DNA of 60,663 nucleotides, the filler included, from Basidiobolus ranarum (lineage: Eukaryota), in NCBI GenBank assembly GCA_040143965.1. It is 6 parts of 6 records of this genome, joined end to end, with 100 filler letters (N's around TTAATTAATTAA, not from the genome) between each part and the next. Parts side by side here need not be neighbours in the genome. Positions count along the whole stretch, not along the records: positions 30,422 to 40,441 come from JASJQH010000752.1; positions 40,542 to 50,556 come from JASJQH010000753.1; 4 more parts are not named here. One strand, written 5' to 3'. The position numbers were made by a program, and so were the translations under genes. Positions within the stretch are counted from its first letter, which is position 1, and every line of letters starts with the position of its first letter. Positions 36,170 through 46,467 of this stretch are shown here, one piece after another. The notes under the pieces were generated by a model. The model was not told where the DNA came from. It was given only the letters and a program-made list of their open reading frames with translations, and did not search any database.

Positions 36170-37949
36170 CTAAAGGAAATGAACGGCAGATTTCTTCAAG
36201 CACCATACATCTTGAGTAGATGGCTTGTCATAGCTGTTATTTCCAATCCATGCACCAATGTCAATTCCATCTTGCGGAGCCTCAATTTTCTATTAGCAAA
36301 GCAAATCATAAGTAATAGTCTATCATACACGTGAAATAATGCCTTTACCCAAATGGATCCGTATTTATTGGCCTTTGTGCCCTTGTCATACCAAAGACGG
36401 CTGCCCACACTACCACGAACTAGGAAATCCTGGTGAACTGCAAACAAGCGACCAGCATGCTCTTCTTGTGGTGCAATTTGGCTTCTAGAAGGGTGCGCTT
36501 TGTAGAAATGGCCAAGAGGCTTAAAGCTCACAGCACTCTCGGCTACAGGTCTCCAAATGTTGTATTCATTGCTCTTACCAGAGCCTGCATCATCCCAAAT
36601 TTTATCCCAGTTGGTAATAGCACCTAAAACACCTATTCAAAATTTAAGCCGCGTATTCCATGGAAAGCTTGACCATATATGTGTTATTCGATACCTTTAG
36701 CCCAGGGTTTCTCACGAACAATCAAAACCTTGTACTCAGCATTGCTTTCGGGATAACCGGGGCCAACTCCGTATTGAGCAACCCAATTCCATCCTTCATT
36801 ACCAAGTTCTGGCTTGTACACAGCAAAAGCCTCACTAGCACCTGATCCATCATCATTGAATTGCTTTCTTCCAACAACCCATTGAGCCTCAAGCACCGGA
36901 CCGTCAGGCATTTTAAAGGGTAGCTGGTTTTGCTCGAAATAGGTAAGCAAAGCATCCTTTAGTGCTTGACGGCGATCATCGCCGACAGCCAAATACCATA
37001 TAGGTATCAGTCTGGAAGAGAACTGTTGGTTAATAGTACAACATGGGATGAGTATTGTTCGTACTTACCCATCACGGGTGGCAAAGTCAATTAGTACAGG
37101 ATGAGATTTCACGGTTTTGGCCCATTCCTCAAGGTTTGGGTTGCTATCCAATCCAAATGCAGAAGGATCTCCACCAGAAATGGTGGTTTGGAAACGACTG
37201 TTGGGAAAAAAAATTCAGCCAATAGGATTTGTGTATGAATTAAGAAAGAGCACTTACGAGTTTTGCTTAAATGATTGATATTCACTAGTCTTGGTGACTT
37301 CAGTAGAAGCGGAGCTACCAAACGCACCAAATTGGAAAGTAGCTTCCGCATATATGCCGAACGAGTCTGTATTGCGGCTTTTGAGTTTGTTAGTAATTGC
37401 GGTGTAGACGCATCTTCCACCGACTTTGATGGCAGCAACGTAATGGGTACCATATTTTTCGTAGAGTTTGATAGGATCCAGATTGTCAATATCGTTGCGA
37501 ACATTGTCTTTGAGAAAATCACGGGGATTTCCAGCAGTATCATCCAAACGTAAAATCCATAAGGAAGCATTGTATTGATAACGAGTGTAAGCCTCGAATT
37601 TGCTGTAGGAGTTGCTGGTCTTGAACTCACTCTTGACTGACCCGCCAAAACCTCCGTAGCCTACTTGTAGGTTTACTGACGCACTGAAGTTCTGCACGTA
37701 ATCCTCTACTGTTTCACCACTTGCGACGCTAGAGTCGCGAAGATTTTTATCCAAGTACTGAACAAGTTTGGCTGGAGCAGTATAATTGGAATTGGTCGCA
37801 GAGGCATAGAGAGTTTTCTTCTCTAACTTCTCAAAGTCAAATAGCTGCTCCTCACAAGAATCCACGTTGGCGTATTGTCCAGTAGCTGCTTGATAACCAC
37901 AACCAAGTACATCAAGTCCTGGGATCGGTGCGATATTGTTGCCCATCAT
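36170..37949 (-). CDS. MACPF-domain putative pore-forming protein with C-terminal three-repeat Vps62/DUF946-like (beta-tripod-like) domain; exons 37258-37949, 37069-37197, 36695-37011, 36349-36623, 36170-36289
   Basis: PGLDVLGCGY, MACPF signature YGTHYVAAIKVGGR, ISGGDP, LIPIWYL. Repeats QFNDDGSGA..AVYKP, IWDDAGSGK..IWRP and LWYDKGTKA..SIWK. Four GT-AG introns join the exons in frame. Confidence 0.88.
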
Positions 37950-39448
37950 CTTGCTAGAAAGGATAGCGAAGTTGCTTTTCTTGCTAATGTGGAGATAAAG
38001 GTGGTGGCTGAGATTTTATATTCAAAGTCAGAAAATATTCAAGCCCATTTCTTGGTGTGCCTGTTGTAATTATGCCTCTATTCCTTATGGTATACGAATC
38101 CCCTCATAAACGCTTGTCACTCAATGTCTGAGTCGAACTTGACATATATCCCGATAACAGCCAATTAGATCACTATATGGCTCTATCACACTACTTGTCT
38201 GACGCTGGATTATCTTTAACTATAATGGACAATGCCATACTTCGCGTTGTGAGTTCCTATTGTGGATTGCTGATCGCAATATTAGCATAGGCCTTTCGCT
38301 ATTTTACGTAGAGCTACTATTGATACTAAGTCATGAACATATGCGATCTCCCTGTGTAAATTGTGGCACCCAGGTGAGATTATTACTACATTCCTTACTG
38401 TAGATGAGAAATGATGGTGATATTTCGAGTCCGAGGGATAGGCTGGCGAAATTATTTGAAGATATCGGATTTACTTGTGGCCTTTGTATCAACTATATCA
38501 GTAGGATAGAAACAACTAAGCCACTATAGAGCTCTTTTTCGTAGTGACAATACTCAAGTCATTGGCAGTTGTGAATGTCCAAATATTGACTTTGTCCGAC
38601 ATCTGTATACCTAATTTAGTAGGAAGAGAGCTATTTCATATCCACACAAAGGGATTCTCTCGAAGTAACTTCCGCATCAATGGAGAGTAACAAGTGAATG
38701 ACTTTTGGCTACTGCACGCATATCAATCAAGGGTGTACATACTGTCATCTTTGTTAGGTCTTTGAGTAACAGAATTCTACTCTAGTCACAACTAACTACA
38801 TGCTAGCAATCAGTTTCCAGTCTCCAAGCAAGTCAGTACCTATAATCATTTCGCAGAGATACTAGGAAAGTAATTTTAGAAAGCACTTTCAAAATTATCA
38901 ATGCACTTTACCAGCTTCTTTTCACTTTCACAAAAAACCGGGGATTATCGCATGAAAGAACGTTATCCAGCCTATAAAGATGTGGATCTGCAAGATACCT
39001 GTGACCAGTCATGTCTTGTGCACATTGTTTGTTATTAAAAACCGGTCAATAATAAATATTGCTAGTTTATAACAAATATATTGCAATAAAGAACGGCTTT
39101 ATGGTAGCATATCTGCCAGACATTGGCAGTATCTTACTGGAAAGATTGTAAAAACATATTCCTCATCAGTGACTTTATGTACAACTCTGATCAATAATAA
39201 ATGTAATCCAATTACTAGCCACACAATGCACCGTTAAATATGCTTTGGTAGGAAGTTAAATGGTAGAAGCCAGTATTTCGATCTTTCAGAGTTTTTTTAA
39301 CAAACAACCATTTTATTATATTTCGGAGAGCATGCCTGTTTGAGTTTTATTTAACCAAGCCACATAATTCTTAGGAAGAGTGTAGCATAGAGCTGAGTGT
39401 TTCCGGTATGAGTGCCTCAGCGCTGTAATTGGGAGACTTGAGACTGAT

Positions 39449-40441
39449 CTTAGGGTTAGGGGGACAAAAAGCACCAGGTGGTGTGGACTTTATTTAGCTT
39501 ATATACTAATCTGAACAAAGTGACAATCAAGACATCAATCTTCTAAGATATTGTGACAAAACTAGATCATATCCATAGTTAACTTGATGACTGTTGTGTC
39601 CAAGAGAAAAGTGGACAAAAAGTCTTGAACTTTACTGAACCAAAGAAATAGTTAAGTGCAGAATCTTAGAACTGTTTAAGCAGGATATATTGGTGGAGCA
39701 GATCTAACTAATATTTGTCTTGGGAATAGCAGTGGGTTGCTATGTTATGGTAGAGAGTAGGCTTGCTAGGCAGCTAGGCTTGGTGTTCTGTAGGTGCTAG
39801 TAGATACTAGGCTTGGATAGAAATGAGAGGGGAATATTAAATTTGTTGAGAAACACTGAGAAGTGCTGAGATCCTATATTTGTTGAGACATACACTAAAC
39901 CAAAAGGTTCAGTTAGCTTTATTTATACTTTTTGATAGCAAAGTGAATTAGTCAGTGCCAAGATATTAGAAGACTAATTCTGAGAAAAGATAATGTGATT
40001 GGATAGATAGATAGATAGATAAGTGAGTCATGCATCAGCTGAAGTCTTGGGAGTGAAAGATCATTGGTTATGAATCTTGTGACTCATATTGACTTGTGTC
40101 TAGGAAGATAACTCAGAGGTTAATGCTGATTGGATAATGATCATATGATTGGTCATATGATCTGATAGAAATGAAAAGAGAATAGATAGTTAGTCATGAG
40201 ATAAGTCTCATGATAGGGTCACTGGATAAGGTCAGGTGACTAGTCAGCAATGATCATAAACTAAACAGAGATTCATGCAAGTTGTATAGATATGGCATAA
40301 GTTAAGCAACTCTGTATGTTGGTGCACAACAATAACCAATGTAATAAAGTTCAGAGGATGTAAACATAGTGTTAAGGGGCACAGGTGGTTAGCAGAAAGG
40401 AAGATGCTTAGTACAAACCAAGTGGACAATAGGACAAACCC
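39449..40441 (-). mobile_element. CpG-free repeat or mobile element remnant ending (minus strand) in the same AATAAA-N5-CACC-N4-GGTG-N8-CCCCC-TAACCCTAAG motif
   Basis: The minus strand of 39449-39494 reads AATAAA GTCCA CACC ACCT GGTG CTTTTTGT CCCCC TAACCCTAAG. No CG seen from 39424 to the contig end. Contains (GATA)5 near 40002-40021. Confidence 0.6.
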
Positions 40442-40541
40442 NNNNNNNNNNNNNNNNNNNNNNNNNNNNNNNNNNNNNNNNNNNNTTAATTAATTAANNN
40501 NNNNNNNNNNNNNNNNNNNNNNNNNNNNNNNNNNNNNNNNN
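40442..40541. other. artificial contig linker
   Basis: N44-TTAATTAATTAA-N44. Confidence 0.97.
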
Positions 40542-40543
40542 AG

Positions 40544-41524
40544 GGAGGAAGAGGAGGTCATGTTGGAAAAGGAGGCCACAGAGGAGGTCACGGGAAGGGA
40601 GGAGGAGGAGGGCATGGTGGAAAAGGAGGCCACAGAGGTGGTGGTGGGATGACAGGAGCTTATGGAAATGGTGGAGGAGGTGGCGGTGGGATAACGGGAG
40701 CTTACGGAAATGGTGGAGGAAGTGGAGGAGGTGGCGGTGGGATAACGGGAGCTTACGGAAATGGTGGAGGAAGTGGAGGAGGTGGCGGTAACGGTGAGGT
40801 TAATATCGATTATACAAATAATCAAAGTCAGAGTACCTACAACAACGATGAGAACAAAGCAACAAATATCTATGTAACTAATAACGATAATGGAGCAACG
40901 AACACACCCGCTACTGTTAATAATTACAACACCAGTAACACTACGAATAACTATAATTCGAACAGTGACGGTCTTGGAAGTTATCATCCTACCATAGAGG
41001 TGATCATTAAAAAATGTTTCGAACAAAATCGTCCAGCGATTGAAAGCATTATCAATCTAAAAAATTCAGGAAAGATTGAGTCCAAGGATGCTCTCTACAA
41101 ATTAACTGAAATATTTCAGAGTGTGGACACACTAATCGAAGAATCCACTAAGGGCCTTCCTGCTGAAATCTCTAATGGAATTCCCAAGTTTACAAGTAAA
41201 CTTACGGAGAGTACTGATGATTGGTCAACATATATTTCCAAATGTCTTAAGAGGTTTGATGGTTCTTCGAATAATAATGTCACTCCTATTGGCCCCGACA
41301 CCTCAGCCCCAGGTGATGCTAGCCCCAAGGATTCAGCCGCAGGTGATGCTAGCCCCAAGGATTCAGCCGCAGGTGACGCTAGCCCCAAGGATTCAGCCCC
41401 AGGTGACGCTAGCCCCAAGGATTCAGCCGCAGATCACCCTAGCCCCAACGATTCAGCCCCAGGTGACGCTAGTCCCAACGATTCAGCCCCAGGAAGCGCT
41501 GGTCCCAGCAGCTCAAGCTACTGA
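40544..41524 (+). CDS. Gly/His-rich repetitive protein with central helical domain and C-terminal DSA(A/P)GDASPK decapeptide repeats (5' truncated)
   Basis: Frame open from the contig edge (GGRGGHVGKGGHRGG...); (M/I)TGAYGNGGG x3; Asn-rich stretch; about seven 30-nt repeats at ~41297-41500. Confidence 0.75.
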   Translation, partial: GGRGGHVGKGGHRGGHGKGGGGGHGGKGGHRGGGGMTGAYGNGGGGGGGITGAYGNGGGSGGGGGGITGAYGNGGGSGGGGGNGEVNIDYTNNQSQSTYNNDENKATNIYVTNNDNGATNTPATVNNYNTSNTTNNYNSNSDGLGSYHPTIEVIIKKCFEQNRPAIESIINLKNSGKIESKDALYKLTEIFQSVDTLIEESTKGLPAEISNGIPKFTSKLTESTDDWSTYISKCLKRFDGSSNNNVTPIGPDTSAPGDASPKDSAAGDASPKDSAAGDASPKDSAPGDASPKDSAADHPSPNDSAPGDASPNDSAPGSAGPSSSSY

Positions 41525-41928
41525 TCTAGGTATTTCAGTTTTGTAGATTCAAACATCCACCTGAACAATAAACAAATTAGGCCTTTTAAACAAATATGAG
41601 CACACACTAAATTTGATGGCATCGACAGATGGTTACCTGAAGATTACTTGAATTACTTGAATATTCATAAAGAAAATTAACAATCACTAACTAAAAAAGA
41701 ATCTCAATATATTGATTGTCATGGATGGACTGAGTACTTAACAATATGCTTGATAACTGGGAATGCTTCCGATTGATGTGTTGTTTATATTCAATGCAGG
41801 CTGTATTTGTTTCTGTAGGTAAGGATAAATCCCAATATCACTTAAATCCACACTCTCTTCGAATAGATGTTGTGACTTCCTTCACAATAATCTGGTCCTA
41901 ACCTTAACTTTAACCTCTAAATCATAAA

Positions 41929-43072
41929 ATGTGCCTTCTTAAAATCCTGTATCTTCTAGCTATCGTTACGTCTTTTACTAATGCATCCTTCTGGGATTCA
42001 ATTACTCGCCTCACAACAAATAATGAGAATCAAGGCCAATTCGATGTTTCTGAGTTCAACTTAGTGGAAGACAAGCTGATAGAAGATCTTAAATTACACG
42101 CTAAATATGCAGCGGCAGCTTACTGTCCAATAGATAAAGTGATGCAATGGAGTTGTGGAAATAGATGTGAAAGCGGTCTGAATGTCACCTCCTACTTTAT
42201 ATCACCTGAAAGCCACGTTGCTGGGTATGTTGGATATAATCCTGACAGACGTAAAATGGTGATCTCGTTCAGAGGGTAGGTCTTCTTCTTGCTTCAAATC
42301 TTACACCATATTTACATTATTATGAACCCAGAACTAGTAATATCAAAAACTGGATACATGATGTTCAATTCTTGCCCATTGACTTTCAATATCCACATCA
42401 AGGAGCCTCTTACTCACTCCCTATCAAAGTTCATGGTGGGTTCTTCCGAGCGTATGAATCGATTAGAGACCAAATGAGAGAAGCAATAAAGCTTCTAGGC
42501 TCGATTCTGGCCGCTGAATTTCAAGAGTATGAGTTAATCATAACCGGTCATTCTCTGGTACAGTACAGGTTTGAGGTCTAGTTGAATTTACTCCTGTTAA
42601 TTTGAATTCGTTGAAATAGGGGGCCGCGGTGGCAGTGTTTTCAGCTATGGATATCGCTCAAAATTACATGACCGAGGAGAAGCAGATCTCATTTAAAGAA
42701 GGGTATGCTATCGATCCAAGTAAAATGTACATACACACTTATGGTGGACCTAGAGTTGGAAACTCGGGCTTCGCTAGTTTAGTTTATAATACATTATCTT
42801 CATCTAAAGATGGATCAAACTTAGTACGAGTAACCTCGAAAAGTGACCCCGTGCCACACTTCCCTCCCACTATCCTGGGCTTTAGACATTATCCACAAGA
42901 GAATTGGATTCAGGAAGAAGGCTCGACTATATTATGTCAGAATAGTATTGAAAGAGGAGGGTCCATGGAAGATCAACCATGCGTGCACGGAAAAAAGATA
43001 GGATTTGATTCTGAAGACCACCTAAAATATTGGGATGTGAGGTTTGGAAGCTCTTGCAAAGACACTACATGA
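41929..43072 (+). CDS. secreted class 3 (Rhizomucor-type) triacylglycerol lipase, two introns
   Basis: Signal peptide; YAAAAYC, VISFRG|T, VHGGFF, ITGHSL|G (nucleophile elbow), TYGGPRVGN, DPVPHFPP, DHLKYW. Confidence 0.92.
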
Positions 43073-43839
43073 TTTATCACCCGTATTATTATTCCCATGA
43101 TTTCTTTTCTACTGAGTGAAGCTTCTGTTTGTTAAAATCCGTGTAGACGTATTTGAGAGTCACAAAACTACCCCCCTCTTTTCGGCCTTACTAGTCAGCT
43201 ACCTGTCACGATTCTTATTCCATCTAGCCTTGATATCGCTTAAAAATCAGATTGATCGCTCTAACATATACACATATATAGATCGCTTTGCGGAAATAAA
43301 CCAACACAATACACAAAGATAGCTAAATGAAGTGAATTTTCACAAATTTTATGGAAAAAAGGCATCCAAGAAGAGTCTCAGGTTTCTTATATCAGTGGAT
43401 ATATGCAGCATATAGTAGCATATACTAGCATACATCGCATACGTCAAGACCTTACATAGAGCAGAAATCAAACTTGCTGGTTTCATTGATGGCTAATTAA
43501 TACTACAATGACCCAACGAGAATAGCTAAAAACTCTAGCCTAATCTACCCCCTACACCTTCACTAGCGCGGACTTCAATCGAGAACAATATTTGTGATAG
43601 AAATGAATATAAAAATGATAAATACTGAGATTATTGAGTAAATCATTGTCATGATTATGACTTGGTAGATTATGCCATGGGTGAAACTAATTGATTTTTG
43701 ATTCAGATAGCTTTGTTGAAGTTGCTTATAAGCCTAGCTTGGTGGAAGTTGCTTATAAACCTAGCCTTGTTTCTTCTCTGAAAAATTCATTCCGATTTGC
43801 TTTCACTTGAGCTAAATTCCGTTTGTTATATCCTCTCAG

Positions 43840-44274
43840 ATGCGCTATAATGTAATATTCCCTGTGTTGTTAGTATGGTCCTCCTTGGCCTATGCAGCGA
43901 TCCCAGATCTGTCCAAATTTAAAGATAACGAACCAGATGTAGTTCACGAGTTATCAAGGTTACGTAATGAAAAGGTTCTTCCAGTCATGAAAGAGATAAC
44001 CAAAGAGTTACTCCGACCGACATTTGATGTCACAGAGGTGTTAAAAAAGCTGAAACAAATGAAGGACGAATACCAAAACGAAGGCGCGTTTCTGGTGCAG
44101 AGATACTCTCACCTGGCACGAAACAAAAAGGCCGAACCACACCAAGCCAATAAAGTAGTCACCTCCAAAATACAGGAAGTCACTCGTCAATTGAAGAAGG
44201 CGGATGTTCCCAACCCAAAAGTACCCTTCTTGTCATTTACACAAAGAAATAATGAAACTCAGCAGGAGCTTTGA
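43840..44274 (+). CDS. small secreted helical hypothetical protein
   Basis: ATG ORF of 144 aa with a hydrophobic signal peptide ending AYA; TATAA elements upstream. Confidence 0.6.
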   Translation: MRYNVIFPVLLVWSSLAYAAIPDLSKFKDNEPDVVHELSRLRNEKVLPVMKEITKELLRPTFDVTEVLKKLKQMKDEYQNEGAFLVQRYSHLARNKKAEPHQANKVVTSKIQEVTRQLKKADVPNPKVPFLSFTQRNNETQQEL

Positions 44275-44754
44275 TGTAGTAACATTCACGCAACCTTTAC
44301 TATACTCAGATAACCCTTGATTATCCCTTTTTGCCATCAAAAGTTTATCTCAACTTTCATTCAACGCTGCTTGTATTATATGTTTAATAAATGCACTCAT
44401 TCCCTCACAGTAGTAAGGAATATCAACTGTGGTGTTCTGCTGATCATGATTCCGATGTTCAAGGAAATATCTTTTTTAGTCATTTCTATTATTGATGATT
44501 ACATCCGAGCATACAATCCGGGCATACAACCGACACTGAGGATGATTTTATGGATAATTTTTCTATGCATTGTGACAGTGAAGTTTCAGCTTGGACTAAC
44601 GGAAGCGATCATATAATCTCCGGATTAATCACATAAAAAGAGCTCAAAGGATCCCAAAATCAAGGTTACTATTATACGGCCTCTACCTGATACTTGTGTC
44701 AACCTAAAACTCTCGATTTTAAACATAAACAGACCTTCTCTAAACCCCCCAAGT

Positions 44755-45450
44755 ATGAAGTACTGTCTTGCCACTAACATAGCTTTAACCCTGTTTTGTC
44801 TGAAGGCAACATTCGGTCACATGGAGATGGTCTATCCGTATCCCAGAGACTCAATATTTAGTCCGTACTATCGCCAGCACAGCCCTGATTGGGATGTTGC
44901 ATCCCCTATTGAGGGAGACAGAGTAAGGACTGATAAGGCCATTCTCGTTTACAAACAACCGCTAATTTATTCATCATTCGAGTAGAGTTACCCATGCCAA
45001 GGCAAATCACGAGGGCCAATCCAGGCTACATTTCGACCGGGCTCATCCATTCCAGTAAGAATCGTTGGGCCCAATAATCATGAAGGGGGCCATTGTCAAT
45101 TTGCGGTAAGCTATGACGGGGTCAACTTTGTAGTAATCAGAGAGGTTCTACACACATGTCTTACGGAATCGGGTACTAATTTTAACATACGTTTACCACG
45201 TAATATTGGCAACGGTGTGGTTGTTTTTGCTTGGTCCTGGATCAACGCCCAGGGTCGTCGTGAATACTATATGAATTGTGCTGATATTGGTATCACCGGT
45301 GGAAAAGCAGGCGGTCGTGTAACTGGACCTCGTCTATTAGTAGCCAATATACCCGGTCACCCCGTCGTGGAAGAGTTTTACTATGACTGGAACGATGATG
45401 GCCAGAGTTTGTTTGATGAACGTGAGATAATATCTATTAAGAGATGGTAG
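44755..45450 (+). CDS. secreted AA11-like lytic polysaccharide monooxygenase-like protein (intron ~44923-44985)
   Basis: Signal peptide followed by His1 (ATFG|HMEMVYPYPR); YPCQG, HEGGHCQFAVSYDG, FAWSWINAQGRREYYMNCADI. Confidence 0.82.
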
Positions 45451-45607
45451 AGCATTTGAATACCTGTTATTTAGCTTTAATTTTATTCCCTTTTATCAAT
45501 TAAATTACTTTCAACCTTTACGTGATCTTCACATACAAACTTTTGTTAATGTTGGGTTTAGAAGTCGAAGTTATATAATGTTTATTAGCTTCTAAGTAGA
45601 AGTATTG

Positions 45608-45676
45608 ATCAATTTAATACCGGATGAAATCAACTTAATACCAGATGAAATCAACTTAATACCAGATGAAATCAAC
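45608..45676. repeat. 21-nt tandem triplication of the last codons and stop of the CHAP gene
   Basis: ATCAA(T/C)TTAATAC(C)(G/A)GATGAA x3 plus a partial copy. Confidence 0.9.
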
Positions 45677-46467
45677 GCCATTGCCAGGATAAAAGTTGAC
45701 ATAGGTTTTGATATATGGTCCACCATAGCCATTGATGATATAGTTGTAGTCACTGGTGTAAACGCTGCCGTCTGGATTGATTTCCTCTACAACAGCCACA
45801 TGACCATCTGATCCAACTCCTTGATAACCTGGTTGAATGACAATGATTGATGGTACTTTAGGTGTCTTAGAGACCACCCAACCAGCATTAGCAGCCCGTA
45901 TGGCCCAGAAGCGTGCATCTCCCCACCAGGTAGTGTGATGACCGGTAATTTGAGCGTAACGAGCATCAGCCCAATCAGTGCATTGTCCATTATCAAATCT
46001 AAATACCAAGGGATAATTGGCAACATTTAAAGTATTTGTATAGGTAACATTGTTACTATTGTTGTTAGTGTTGTTATTGTTGCTGTTACTGGTGCTGTTA
46101 TTGTTGTTGCTATTGTTGCTGTTATTGTTGTTGCTATTGTTGTTGTTATTACCATTGTTATTAGTGCTTGGGTCAGAACCACTGCAGTAATCAGGATATC
46201 CAGCTCCTGCCGAAACACAGCCGTTACTACAATACTCTGCAGTACTGTAGCTCCAGCTCCAGGCATCCGAGTTACAATTGTACAGAACGTTAGAGTCAAG
46301 TCCTACATAAGGTTTATAGATATTTAGTGAAAGAATCGAGATGTTGACTTTACTGAATACTTACCTAGAGTACTACCGCAGTAGAGTCCATTTCCATTAG
46401 GACAGTTTACACGGGCTTCAGTAACAGATAGAGCGCAGAAGGCTACCAGAATAGCGGAGTAGAGCAT
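45656..46467 (-). CDS. secreted CHAP-domain (Cys/His-dependent) amidase with N-terminal Cys-rich module and Asn-rich linker; exons 46365-46467 and 45656-46302
   Basis: Signal peptide MLYSAILVAFCALSVTEA; CPNGNGLYCGSTL|GLDSNVLYNC...CSNGC...PDYC; poly-Asn linker; GQCTDWA (Cys), WGDARFW, GHVAVVE (His), VYTSDYN. Confidence 0.88.

Noticed and set aside
39424-39448. TGTAAT as an LTR terminus
   Set aside because: No second LTR, TSD pair, PBS or PPT is visible. The shared motif at 39449 is a better-supported boundary, although an LTR origin is not excluded.
45605-45811. ORF with INLIPDE repeats
   Set aside because: Antisense shadow of the CHAP gene end and its 21-nt triplication.
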